In this document: positions 24,153-37,370 of the stretch, one piece after another
Layout: the number at the start of each line of letters is the position of its first letter
Position numbering within the stretch: position 1 is the first letter of the stretch
Source: Octopus vulgaris
Taxonomy: Eukaryota
Length of the DNA stretch: 64,000 nt
Direction: 5' to 3'
NCBI GenBank assembly: GCA_951406725.2
Contig: OX597835.1
Span: 806,001-870,000 of the forward strand
The notes under the pieces: generated by a model
Told to the model about the DNA's origin: nothing
The model's database searches: none
What the model saw: only the letters and a program-made list of their open reading frames with translations
Position numbers and translations under genes: made by a program

Positions 24153-27100
24153 CTGCTGTATAGTACAGTATGCTGTATAGTGCAGTATGCTGTATAGTAC
24201 AGTATGCTGTATAGTACAGTATGCTGTATAGTACAGTATGCTGTATAGTGCAGTATGCTGTATAGTACAGTATGCTGTATAGTACAGTATGCTGTATAGT
24301 ACAGTATGCTGTATAGTGCAGTGTGCTGTATAGTGCAGTATGCTGTATAGTGCAGTATGCTGTATAGTACAGTATGCTGTATAGTGCAGTATGCTGTATA
24401 GTACAGTGTGCTGTATAGTGCAGTATGCTGTATAGTGCAGTATGCTGTATAGTGCAGTATGCTGTATAGTGCAGTATGCTGTATAGTGCAGTATGCTGTA
24501 TAGTACAGTATGCTGTATAGTGCAGTATGCTGTATAGTGCAGTATGCTGTATAGTGCAGTATGCTGTATAGTACAGTGTGCTGTATAGTGCAGTATGCTG
24601 TATAGTGCAGTATGCTGTTTAGTGCAGTATGCTGTATAGTGCAGTATGCTGTATAGTGCAGTATGCTGTATAGTACAGTATGCTGTATAGTACAGTATGC
24701 TGTATAGTGCAGTATGCTGTATAGTACAGTATGCTGTATAGTACAGTATGCTGTATAGTACAGTATGCTGTATAGTGCAGTATGCTGTATAGTACAGTAT
24801 GCTGTATAGTACAGTATGCTGTATAGTGCAGTATGCTGTATAGTGCAGTATGCTGTATAGTGCAGTATGCTGTATAGTGCAGTGTGCTGTATAGTGCAGT
24901 GTGCTGTATAGTGCAGTATGCTGTATAGTGCAGTGTGCTGTATAGTACAGTATGCTGTATAGTACAGTATGCTGTATAGTACAGTATGCTGTATAGTGCA
25001 GTGTGCTGTATAGTGCAGTATGCTGTATAGTGCAGTGTGCTGTATAGTGCAGTGTGCTGTATAGTGCAGTGTGCTGTATAGTGCAGTGTGCTGTATAGTG
25101 CAGTATGCTGTATAGTGCAGTATGCTGTATAGTGCAGTGTGCTGTATAGTGCAGTGTGCTGTATAGTGCAGTGTGCTGTATAGTACAGTATGCTGTATAG
25201 TGCAGTGTGCTGTATAGTGCAGTGTGCTGTATAGTGCAGTATGCTGTATAGTGCAGTATGCTGTATAGTGCAGTATGCTGTATAGTGCAGTATGCTGTAT
25301 AGTGCAGTGTGCTGTATAATGCAGTGTGCTGTATAGTGCAGTGTGCTGTATAGTGCAGTGTGCTGTATAGTGCAGTGTGCTGTATAGTGCAGTGTGCTGT
25401 ATAGTGCAGTATGCTGAATAGTACAGTATGCTGTATAGTGCAGTATGCTGTATAGTGCAGTGTGCTGTATAGTGCGGTGTGCTGTATAATGCAGTGTGCT
25501 GTATAGTGCAGTGTGCTGTATAATGCAGTGTGCTGTATAGTGCAGTATGCTGTATAGTACAGTATGCTGTATAGTGCAGTGTGCTGTATAATACAGTGTG
25601 CTGTATAGTGCAGTATGCTGTATAGTACAGTATGCTGTATAGTGCAGTGTGCTGTATAGTGCAGTGTGCTGTATAGTGCAGTATGCTGTATAGTACAGTA
25701 TGCTGTATAGTGCAGTGTGCTGTATAGTGCAGTGTGCTGTATAGTGCAGTATGCTGAATAGTACAGTATGCTGTATAGTGCAGTATGCTGTATAGTGCAG
25801 TATGCTGTATAGTGCAGTGTGCTGTATAGTGCAGTGTGCTGTATAATGCAGTGTGCTGTATAGTGCAGTATGCTGTATAGTACAGTATGCTGTATAGTGC
25901 AGTGTGCTGTATAATGCAGTGTGCTGTATAGTGCAGTATGCTGTATAGTACAGTATGCTGTATAGTGCAGTGTGCTGTATAGTGCAGTGTGCTGTATAGT
26001 GCAGTATGCTGTATAGTACAGTATGCTGTATAGTGCAGTATGCTGTATAGTGCAGTGTGCTGTATAGTGCAGTGTGCTGTATAGTGCAGTATGCTGAATA
26101 GTACAGTATGCTGTATAGTGCAGTATGCTGTATAGTGCAGTGTGCTGTATAGTGCAGTGTGCTGTATAATGCAGTGTGCTGTATAGTGCAGTGTGCTGTA
26201 TAGTGCAGTATGCTGTATAGTACAGTATGCTGTATAGTGCAGTATGCTGTATAGTGCAGTATGCTGTATAGTGCAGTATGCTGTATAGTGCAGTATGCTG
26301 AATAGTACAGTATGCTGTATAGTACAGTATGCTGTATAGTACAGTATGCTGTATAGTGCAGTATGCTGTATAGTACAGTATGCTGTATAGTACAGTATGC
26401 TGTATAGTACAGTATGCTGTATAGTGCAGTATGCTGTATAGTACAGTGTGCTGTATAGTGCAGTATGCTGTATAGTGCAGTATGCTGTATAGTACAGTAT
26501 GCTGTATAGTGCAGTATGCTGTATAGTACAGTATGCTGTATAGTACAGTATGCTGTATAGTACAGTATGCTGTATAGTGCAGTATGTTGTATAGTACAGT
26601 ATGCTGTATAGTACAGTATGCTGTATAGTGCAGTATGCTGTATAGTGCAGTGTGCTGTATAGTGCAGTGTGCTGTATAGTGCAGTATGCTGTATAGTGCA
26701 GTGTGCTGTATAGTGCAGTGTGCTGTATAGTGCAGTATGCTGTATAGTGCAGTATGCTGTATAGTGCAGTGTGCTGTATAGTGCAGTGTGCTGTATAGTG
26801 CAGTGTGCTGTATAGTACAGTATGCTGTATAGTGCAGTGTGCTGTATAGTGCAGTGTGCTGTATAGTGCAGTATGCTGTATAGTGCAGTTTGCTGTATAG
26901 TGCAGTATGCTGTATAGTGCAGTATGCTGTATAGTGCAGTGTGCTGTATAGTGCAGTGTGCTGTATAGTGCAGTGTGCTGTATAGTGCAGTGTGCTGTAT
27001 AGTGCAGTATGCTGTATAGTGCAGTATGCTGTATAGTGCAGTATGCTGTATAGTGCAGTATGCTGAATAGTACAGTATGCTGTATAGTGCAGTATGCTGT

Positions 27101-28097
27101 ATAGTACAGTATGCTGTATAGTGCAGTATGCTGTATAGTACAGTATGCTGTATAGTACAGTATGCTGTATAGTACAGTATGCTGTATAGTACAGTATGCT
27201 GTATAGTGCAGTATGCTGTATAGTGCAGTATGCTGTATAGTGCAGTATGCTGTATAGTGCAGTATGCTGTATAGTACAGTGTGCTGTATAGTGCAGTATG
27301 CTGTATAGTGCAGTATGCTGTATAGTACAGTATGCTGTATAGTGCAGTATGCTGTATAGTGCAGTGTGCTGTATAGTGCAGTATGCTGTATAGTGCAGTA
27401 TGCTGTATAGTGCAGTATGCTGTATAGTGCAGTATGCTGTATAGTGCAGTATGCTGTATAGTACAGTATGCTGTATAGTGCAGTATGCTGTATAGTGCAG
27501 TATGCTGTATAGTGCAGTATGCTGTATAGTGCAGTGTGCTGTATAGTGCAGTGTGCTGTATAGTGCAGTATGCTGTATAGTGCAGTATGCTGTATAGTGC
27601 AGTATGCTGTATAGTGCAGTATGCTGTATAGTGCAGTGTGCTGTATAGTGCAGTATGCTGTATAGTGCAGTATGCTGTATAGTACCGTATGCTGTATAGT
27701 GCAGTATGCTGTATAGTGCAGTATGCTGTATAGTGCAGTGTGCTGTATAGTGCAGTATGCTGTATAGTGCAGTATGCTGTATAGTGCAGTGTGCTGTATA
27801 GTGCAGTATGCTGTATAGTGCAGTGTGCTGTATAGTGCAGTGTGCTGTATAGTGCAGTATGCTGTATAGTGCAGTATGCTGTATAGTGCAGTATGCTGTA
27901 TAGTGCAGTGTGCTGTATAGTGCAGTATGCTGTATAGTGCAGTATGCTGTATAGTGCAGTATGCTGTATAGTGCAGTATGCTGTATAGTGCAGTGTGCTG
28001 TATAGTGCAGTGTGCTGTATAGTGCAGTATGCTGTATAGTGCAGTATGCTGTATAGTGCAGTATGCTGTATAGTACAGTATGCTGTATAGTGCAGTA
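24153..28097. repeat. 17-bp satellite, about 230 copies, consensus TGCTGTATAGTRCAGTR
   Basis: Uninterrupted 17-bp period. The minus strand of the unit has no stop codon, which produces the spurious 17-aa-repeat ORFs. Confidence 0.98.
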
Positions 28098-28740
28098 CAC
28101 TGCAGTTCAATAATTACAGCAATGGTCCATAAACTTACTTTGTTAAAGAGCCCTGTAAATCATGAAGTCCTTACTTGGAATTCACAGAAAACCCCTATGG
28201 CCCTAACTTTCATAAGACATCTGGTGAAACAAATTGCTTCCAAGAGAGAATTTATTCATATTTTTAAAAAAATACAAATGTAATAATTACGTTTTGAAGA
28301 TGGTGAATGGCATTTGTTTTACAAAATATATTATTATTAGATTCTATTAAATATACCTTATTTTGTGGAACCCCAGAATCCTTTCAAGGAACTCTTGGGT
28401 TGCATAGAACACACTTTAGCAAACACTGTGATACAGTACAGTACAATTTATTGTAGTACCTTTATAAAATACAGTTTTACAAATGTACATTGTAGTATAA
28501 TACTAGACAGTACAGTACTATAATGCAGAATAGCATAGTACCTATATAATACAGTGGTTCATTAACAGCAGAGTAGATCACAAAAAGTACAAAAAAATGA
28601 ATAAACAATGTTTAATATTATATATATTGTTATATATCATATATTGTTTATTATATATTGTTTATTCATTTTTTGTAATTTTTGTGATCTAGTTATGTTT
28701 TAAAATATACTTTATTTTTTCTTTATGATTTGGTTATAAG

Positions 28741-30060
28741 AATAATAATAATAATAATGAAATTATTGTATACAGTGCTCAGGTGCACCACAACTTGTCA
28801 GAAAGTGCATATTAAGTACATGCAGTAATGTAGAAATGTCTGGAAAGTGAACATGCTTGTGTGTGTATGGAGGGGAGAAAATCAAGTGTAGTGTTGGCGA
28901 ATCTCAGGAAGCATGGAAGTTTTGAAGGATGCAGTGCTCCGACAACTAACAACCGATGCCGGCAGTTTGTTCCATGCTTCAGCAACTCTCAGCGTGAAAA
29001 AATGTTTCCTGAAGTCATGGGAGCTGTGCTGTTTTCTTACTTTGTAAATATGTCCACGGGTGTTAGATGGGTGGAGTTTGAAGAGGTGCTCAGAGTTATT
29101 GTTTGTGCGATGGTTGATAATTTTATGGGTGTCTGCCAAGTCAGCTGCCAGACGTCGGAGTTTCAATGTGTCCATGCCCAGGGAAGTAAGGCGTTCAGGA
29201 TATGGCAAATGCCTGATGGAGGGTATTCTTTTGGTTGCACGTCGCTGAACAGCTTCCAGAAGATTGATGTCCTGGGCAAGATAGGGGTTCCAGACCGGTG
29301 ATGCAAATTCCAGGTGAGGTCTTACCATAGCTATATAAAGCCGCAGATAGATAGCCGGAGAGCGGCTCACAAAGGATTTGGTGAGTGATGCCAAGACACC
29401 CTCAGCCTTCTTGACAATTTTAGCAATGTGTTTTGTCCAACGCAAATCACTGTCGACAATAACACCCAGGTCACGTTCACTTGAAGACTTTTTGAGACTA
29501 GTGTTGTGGAGGGAGTAGGTGGACGCTGGGTTTCTCCTCCCAAAATGCATGGTGGTACATTTGTCCACAGCCAGCTTGAGTTGCCAGTCCATGATCCACT
29601 GCTGCATTGTGTCCAGGTCTGCTTGCAATAGAGATCCATAGTGTACAGGATTTGACCTCTTTATTTCGAGGTACAGCTTGATGTCATCTGCATATTTCAG
29701 CACTGTGGCATTCTTTAAGTTGGCATCTATGTCATTAACATATGCAACAAATAAAAGGGGGCCAAGAACAGATCCCTGCGGCACACCAGATGTCATCTCA
29801 TAGGGCGAAGAGTGCTGTCCTAGAACTGTGACAACCTCTTTTCGGCCGAAAATAAAGGACTTTAACCAGTTATAGAGTTCGTCTCTTACACCCAACGCAG
29901 AAAGCTTCACCATAAGTCTTTTGTGTGGCACAGAGTTAAAAGCCTTAGCAAAGTCCAGGTAAACAACATCCACCCAGGATCTGCGATCAGTGATTTGGGT
30001 AACGTCCTCAAGAAACTCGATGAGTTGATTACAGCAGCTGGAGTTAGGAATAAATCCGAA
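28741..30060 (-). mobile_element. CR1-clade LINE, 5'-truncated, with an uninterrupted RT C-terminal ORF
   Basis: VDVVYLDFAKAF, GVPQGSVLGP, KYADD, VRPHLEFASPVWNPY, NTRGH, FFTLRVAEAWNKLP. Stop at 28882, short 3' UTR, (ATT)n tail at 28741. Confidence 0.95.
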
Positions 30061-30104
30061 TATGTCAATCATTGTTTGAATTACATAATAGTGGTTTTTC
30101 TCTA

Positions 30105-30144
<40 letters not shown>

Positions 30145-30875
30145 ATACACACACCCCACACACAAACACACACACACAAGATATCATTTCCTGGGCATCA
30201 AGTTCTCAATTAAATCATTAATACATTAGCAAAAACATAAATCATTAGGAAATAATGTAACTGAATTGTAACTCACAGCTTAAGATATTAATCACCATTA
30301 AGCTCCAAAATAAAAGGAAGAAAGAAAATATCCAGAGAAATTTACTTGATCAAACACAAAAAGTAAGCACACGTGATACATGTCAGAAGCCCTTTCACTA
30401 GAAATACTTTCTAAGATGAGGCTAAACTACACACAGAGGATGCTTAGTTCCAGAATTTAATCTCCAAACCAGCAACACTATTTGAACTTCAGTTTCCTAT
30501 GGTTCAGAATTTGGCAGGATATCTGAGTTGTATTAAGTGTGAAATACAACATAGACCACAGCCAGAGGTCGTGGATCAGTGAATCTAAGATTTGAGAGAC
30601 TGCTCATGCTTAGCAATGTGTTGACAACAATCATACACACACTACATACATATACATACATCACATACATAACAGCATACATGACAAATTTGCACACTCA
30701 TACACATACACTTATACATAAGTACATGCATAGACAGATGCACATATACAACCATGATTACACACTTAACACAAACACACACATAAAAGATATAAATATT
30801 TGAACACATGAACATACACCACCATACTTTCTCCCCTTAATTTTCTGTGTTTATAATCTGAGTAGGTTTGTCCTA

Positions 30876-30973
<98 letters not shown>

Positions 30974-32040
30974 TGCCTGTGCAGGTGGCACGTAAAAAGC
31001 ACCCACTACACTCATGGAGTGGTTGGCGTTAGGAAGGGCATCCAGCTGTAGAAACATTGCCAGATAAGACTGGAGCCTGGTGCAGCCTTCTGGCTTCCCA
31101 GATCCCCGGTCGAACCGTCCAACCCATGCTAGCATGGAGAACGGACGTTAAACGATGATGATGATGATGATGATGATATATATACTTGAATATTAGTCAT
31201 CTAAAAATATTCAGTCTTTGCCTTTTCTTTATTTACATCAGTGGTTCTCAACCACTTTTTAAATCTATGGACCCCTTTAATTACTATTTTATTCTGATAG
31301 ACTCCTATAGCCATGTGATGTTGAAAAAATAGTTTTATGGAAACATTTTCCTGAATTCCTATTTTATTTTTCACATATTACTGGCTATCTGGCCTTCATG
31401 CCGGTGGCACATAAAAGACACCAATTGAGCGTGATTGTTACCAGCATTGCCTTACTGGCACCTGTGCCGGTGGCATGTGTAAAAGATTCGAGCGAGGTCG
31501 TTGCCAGTACTGCCTGACTGGCCCCGTGGCACGTAAAAGCACCCACTACACTCTCGGAGTGGTTGGCGTTAGGAAGGACATCCAGCTGTAGAAACTCTGC
31601 CAGATCAAGATTGGAGCCTGGTGCAGCCATCTGGTTCGCCAGCCCTCAGTCAAAATCGTCCAACCCATGCCAGCATGGAAAGCGGACGTTAAACAATGAT
31701 GATGATGATTTGTATATCAAATATCTACATGCATATACTTTGTATATCAAACCCAAGGAGTTTTATCTATTCATTTGCATCATTGTGTCAGTATATATAC
31801 ACATGCACTAATACACACTTGTATACAAATACATACATGCATTCATACACATACAAACACACTTGACATACTTACACACACATATACATGCCCCACTGCA
31901 TGGCACTTTGAGCAGGTGTCTTCTGCTATAGCCCCGAGCCGACCGAAGCTTTGAGATTGAATTCGGCAGGCGGAAGTTACTGCCGTGGGTGTATATGTGT
32001 GTGTAGGTGCTTGTGCCTGTCCGAAAGAGAGAGAGGGATA

Positions 32041-32542
32041 CCATAAATCCTCAAGTATAATCCGCATTTTTTCCCCAAAATTTAAAGGTCAAAATCCCTC
32101 GTGCGTACTATATACAAGCTTAAAAATGAAAATCATTTTCTAAGCAATGTCTGAGTCTCTATTTGCTGTCTGGCAATGTTTTTCAGATGCATTTTGTGAT
32201 GTCAGGTGCGAAAATACCTTAAGCTAAGTCTGAAAGCAATGAAGTCATAAAAGAATCATCCATAACTTGCAGTAAGCAACATTTATTAAAATAAAAGTAT
32301 TCAGAACACAGAATAACATGTAAAAAAAAAAAAACAATTTGCAAACATATTTACATTCCCATATAACAGTTAAGAACATCACCATTATTGTATTACGCAT
32401 GCGCGGAAGTGTTTGTTCGACTAGGTGCTGCTGGCTTAATTATGCACAACTCAAGTTAGAGAAGGGTGCATATTATACACAAGGTTTAGATTTTTCAGAG
32501 GTACAGCCCCCTAAAAATCCCCTGCGTATTATACTCAAGGAT

Positions 32543-32548
<6 letters not shown>
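32041..32548. mobile_element. pogo/Tigger-like MITE
   Basis: TA on both flanks; imperfect ~21-bp TIRs ccataaatcctcaagtataat / attatactcaaggatctacag. Confidence 0.75.
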
Positions 32549-32582
<34 letters not shown>

Positions 32583-32585
<3 letters not shown>

Positions 32586-32965
32586 GAGGCGCAATAGCCC
32601 AGTGCTTAGGACAGCAGACTCGCAGTCATAGGATCTTGGTTTCGATCACCAAACCAGGTTTTGTGAGAGTTTATTGAGCGAAAACAGCTAAAGCTCCACA
32701 AGGCTCTGGCAGGGAGTGGTGGTGAACCCTGCTGTACTCTTTCACCATAACTTTCTCTCACTCTCTCTTCCTGTTTCTGTTGTACATGTATTTCGATGGG
32801 CCAGCTTTGTCACACTCTATGTCACACTGAATCTCCCTGAGAACTACATTAAGAGTACACATGTCTGTGGAGTGCTCAACCAGTTGCAGGTTAATTTCAT
32901 GAGCAGGCTGTTCTGTTGATCAGATCAACTGGAACTCTTGTTGTCGTAACCAATGGAGTGCCACG
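32583..32965 (+). mobile_element. Third tRNA-derived SINE family (decayed partial copy about 5020-5170)
   Basis: tRNA-like head (tagcccagtg...ggtttcgatc) inserted in (TA)n. Confidence 0.65.
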
Positions 32966-33307
32966 AGATATATATATATATACCAAATATATACGTTTTT
33001 ATCATTTTTTTGCAATTTACTTAATCATCGGTATATTATTGTTATTTTAATTTTAATATTTCTATTATATGTAGTTTTCTAGATGGTGTAATTTAATTGT
33101 TCATTTTGAATTGATAAAAGGTGGTTTTTTTCTAATTTTTATATATATATATATATTATATTGCGTGAAATTTGATTTAGTATTTCTAAATTGAATTTTT
33201 CCCTGTAAGTTAGGATTAATATTCCCTCAAATAATTATTATATATATGTGTGTGTGTGTGTGTGTGCAGACTGCACATTCTGAACTGACTAATCAAATGA
33301 ATCAAAC

Positions 33308-33358
33308 CTTTATGCAGCAGATTTTCTCAATGTTGTCTTTACACTTAATATGGACCAC
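33308..33358 (-). CDS. Cadherin-related gene, coding exon 4 (51 nt)
   Basis: ttttcatttcag|...AAG|gtttga, phase 0/0. VVHIKCKDNIEKICCIK supplies the remaining EC1 strands. The donor is weak. Confidence 0.7.
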
Positions 33359-33399
33359 CTGAAATGAAAAGTGAAATATAGCATTATAATGGTATACAG

Positions 33400-33434
<35 letters not shown>

Positions 33435-33694
33435 CGCGCACGTGTTCGTGTACATGTGTGTGTGTTGTGTGTGTGTGTGTGTATGTGTATGTGCGCGCAC
33501 GTGTTCGTGTACATGTGTGTGTGTGTGTGTTGTGTGTGTGTGTGTATGTGTATGTGCGCGCACGTGTTCGTGTACATGTGTGTGTGTGTTGTGTGTGTGT
33601 GTGTATGTGCGCGCACGTGTTCATGTACATGTGTGTGTGTGTGTGTTGTGTGTGTGTGTGTGTATGTGTATGTGCGTGCACGTGTTCGTGTACA

Positions 33695-33728
<34 letters not shown>

Positions 33729-33972
33729 CACGTGTTCATGTACATGTGTGTGTGTGTGTGTTGTGTGTGTGTGTGTATGTGCGCGCACGTGTTCGTGTAC
33801 ATGTGTGTGTGTGTGTTGTGTGTGTGTGTGTATGTGTATGTGCGCGCACGTGTTCGTGTACATGTGTGTGTGTGTTGTGTGTGTGTGTGTATGTGCGCGC
33901 ACGTGTTCATGTACATGTGTGTGTGTGTGTGTATTGTGTGTGTGTGTGTGTGTGTGTGTGAATGTGTGTGTG
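33400..33972. repeat. Compound (GT)n minisatellite, about 9 units of 50-65 bp
   Basis: Recurring core gtgcgcgcacgtgttcRtgtaca separated by variable (GT)n. Confidence 0.9.
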
Positions 33973-33988
33973 CTTCTCTGTCTATGAG

Positions 33989-34300
33989 AAATGAGGATAA
34001 GCACAAGTTTATGTTATGTTATGGTTCCTGTGCTCATTTCACCATTCTGGTTGTTTAGAGCCCTGCAATAGGTGTTCCAAGTGCATTTAGATGCTCAACC
34101 ACTTTGGTTCATCAGGGAACACTGCATTACATTAAGTTACAGATAACTATGTCCCATAATGCAATAAAATGTTCCCTGACGATTCCTGATGTCATTAAGC
34201 ATCTAAATGGATTTGGAACACCTATTGCTGGGTTCCAAACAACCAGAAAGGTGAAATCAGCATTGGAACCATAACACAAGCTTGCGTTTATTCTTATTTG
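33989..34300. repeat. ~310-bp imperfect palindrome (foldback/MITE-like)
   Basis: ttatggttcc...caataggtgttccaa...catttagatgct...tcagggaaca mirrored by tgttccctga...agcatctaaatg...ttggaacacctattg...ggaaccataa; centre about 34143. Confidence 0.85.
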
Positions 34301-34645
34301 TTCTGTAGTTCATAACCAGTAATACGACTCATTATAGAAGTTACTTAGCAACAATACAAGAAGCAGACTGGATTATGATAATTAAAGAGGAGCATTAAAC
34401 ATAATGGTAGCAAGCTTCCACTTTGATATACTCTTTTACTCATTTCAGTCATTTGACTGTGGCCATGCTGGAGCACTGCCTTTAGTCGAGCAAATCAACC
34501 CCAGGACTTATTCTTTGTAAGCCTAGTACTTATTCTATCGGTCTCTTTTGCCGAACCGCTAAGTTACAGGGACGTAAACACACCAGCATCGGTTGTCAAG
34601 TGATGTTGGGGGTACAAACACAGACACACAGACATATACACACAC

Positions 34646-34682
<37 letters not shown>

Positions 34683-36199
34683 ACGGGCTTCTTTCAGTTT
34701 CCATCTACCAAATCCACTCACAAGGCTTTGGTCAGCCTGAAGCTATAGTAGAAGACACTTGCCCAAGGTGCCACGCAGTGGGACTGAACCTGTAACCATG
34801 TGGTTCATAAGCAAGCTACTTACCACACAGCCACTCCTACAATATGGGAAAAATTTTAAACCTTCTTCGCCAATAAACTACAATTGTTCCTGAAAGTTGT
34901 TTTTTCATACTTTCTACAATGGACTGCTTGAAGCTTACAAACTTCCTACAGCTGGATCCTTGGATGTTACATTTACATTTATACACACATGCACACACAC
35001 ATACACACATACACACACACACACACACACAAAACACACACACTTTTATTAATGATTCAAAATTTTCACAAAACTGTTACTCAGAGTTTCATATTACCAA
35101 TTCTCAGACAGTTATGATGAATACTCTGGGTAACAGCTTTGTGAAAACTTTGCAGCTTTGGTAAAAGCATATTACCCAACACCTCTGTGACCTCTCAAGC
35201 GACACTTTTCGTTTCTGTGTATGTTCTTGCTCCACTTACTCCGTTCTGTTCTTCTAAGGTGTATATCCTTATGTGCACATGCATTCACGTGTGTGTGTGT
35301 GTGTGTGTGTCATAGTTTTTAGCAGCAGTGTGGCCTTCCTCTCACCCCCATTGTGCTGCTGCTGCTATCCTAAGACCCGAAAATATGGCACAGTTCCTGT
35401 ATTCTTCTGTGTTTGCCCATGCTGTTGCTGTTGTTGTTGTTGTTGTTGTTATTGCCATTATTGTCACTGCCACTGCTGCTGTCATTGTTAATCATGTTGT
35501 TGACATTGTTGTGGCTGTCTGTGGAATTTCTTGTTTAGATCAACTCAGGTTGATCTAAATTTGCCAAAAAAGGCTGCGGAAATTTTAGCTTCAAGACTTA
35601 GAGAAAAACTTACTTCAAATACATACATTACATTTTAAAGGAAAAGAGAACTTCTTCAATATTTTAGAATAGAGGATAGTTTAGTATATTGCTGTGGACT
35701 ATTTAGTTTGTTACAGGAGATGGGGGTTGAATTTTACAATGCAAATGATTGACCCTTGTTTTTAAACAGTTTGAAAAGAAGTCTTAAGTGTGTGTTGTTG
35801 CATAATGGCAATCTATAAGGTTTAATACTGATTGGACTCTTAGCAAAATTAAAAGTAAAGTATGAACATATAAAAAAGGTTTTAAATCTTATCAAATATA
35901 GGGAGCACAAGTTAATCATATGTGTTGACTTAAAAATGTTTAATTTTCTGCTAGGATAACAAACAGGGTTTACTAAATATCCCTGCTTCCTTTGCTTATG
36001 GGACAATAAAGCCAAGGAAGAACATTATTTTAAACAAATCTGACCAGCACAAGCATTACTTACTATAGAAAGGCAAAAACATAATTAATCATATTTCCTC
36101 TTCTGCATATCAGGCCTTATCAAACAATATGTAAAAGTTTAGATATGAACAGTGAGTATTTCAAATACATTACTTCAAAATTTCCATGTTTAAGTTATG

Positions 36200-36938
36200 A
36201 AAATATCAAGGCAGGAATTTTCGATGATCCACAAATAAGGGGCATCAATTAAAGACTGCGATTTTCCTAATGTCATGAATGAATGCAAGAAATATGTCTG
36301 GTTCTCATTCGTGGACTTGATAGAAAAGCATTTTAGGCAAGTTACAGGGGAGATAACTATGAAGAAATCATAAAAAAAAACTTTTAAGGGACTACAAAGG
36401 GTTAGGTTGCAATATGAGCATAAAAATGAAGTTTTGCGAATATCCATTGTGACCAATTTCCAAGTAATTTAGGTGCTGTACGTGAACAAAGGGGGAGATT
36501 CCACCAAGACATCGAAATTATAGAGGAACAGTACCTAAAACACTGAGATTCCCATATGATGACTGATTATTTATCGTGCTTGGAAAGAGACCTGCTATCA
36601 ACAAGCAAATATGCTAGAAAGTCTAAAAAAAAAAAAATTTTTTTTGCCAGATTGAAAGCTTCATATCTTTTTATTTTTTATTTTAAATCTTTTCTATTGT
36701 TATAATGTAATTTTCAGTAGTTTGAACTGATTGTGTTCATGAAACTTGAAAATAAATCTGAACATGTGACTTAATTTTTTAGTCCTAATTTGAAAAATCT
36801 AGAAAATGACACATAAGCCGTTGACCAAAATGAGGACCTAATGGAGCCAAATCTTGTTAAAATTTGGATTCAGCGCAACCCATATTCTTTAGAATCAAGT
36901 GTCAGATATCATTCAATAAAATCTGTGTTCTCCAGTGT
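36200..36938 (+). mobile_element. CMC/Chapaev3-like transposase 3' remnant
   Basis: LGCNMSIK...FPSNLGAV.EQ..RFHQDI...MMTDY; ends in CAGTG. Confidence 0.75.
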
Positions 36939-37209
36939 AATTATTTAACATCAACTGTGTTTTAGTGAGTAATTGTTATATTTTAGATATTTTTTTTAAT
37001 AAAATATAGTGTTTCTCTATAACTAGAACATGTGCACAGCAAAGGAAAATTATTCCAGAAATTATTTTGTTTTGCTTTTTTTTTTTATCAATAAGCATCA
37101 ATTTCCCCTGAGTGAAACTTTAACTGTGAATGTATGTTTTTGGAAAGAAACATCTATAAAGAAGTTTAGAATATTCATAAAAGTCTCAAATTATTTCAAA
37201 TGATTTTAC

Positions 37210-37370
37210 CTTCCTTTCTTTGCCTGCTTCTTTATCCAACTCCAGCACGTCGCCCGTCTGCACTGATCCAATAAGACTATGATTCCCAGATACATTGAAA
37301 CAATAATTAGGAATTGGGCAGACACTTTCCATTGGTATCAATGAACTAGAGAATGTTACATTTGAACTAT
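37210..37370 (-). CDS. Cadherin-related gene, coding exon 3 (EC1)
   Basis: cttttttcag|...|gtaaaa, phase 1/0. SSNVTFSSSLIPMESVCPIPNYCFNVSGNHSLIGSVQTGDVLELDKEAGKERK contains LDKE, matching the cadherin LDRE motif. Confidence 0.85.

Noticed and set aside
24153-28097. CRISPR-like array
   Set aside because: Head-to-tail units with no unique spacers, in a eukaryotic context. The same applies to the 65-bp and 112-bp arrays.
24138-28110. 1320-aa and 1163-aa ORFs
   Set aside because: By-product of a 17-bp unit with no stop on the minus strand. The frames give the same permuted peptide and there is no codon-level signal.
30061-30177. N-terminal part of the 431-aa ORF
   Set aside because: Read-through into flanking unique and microsatellite DNA beyond the CR1 truncation point.
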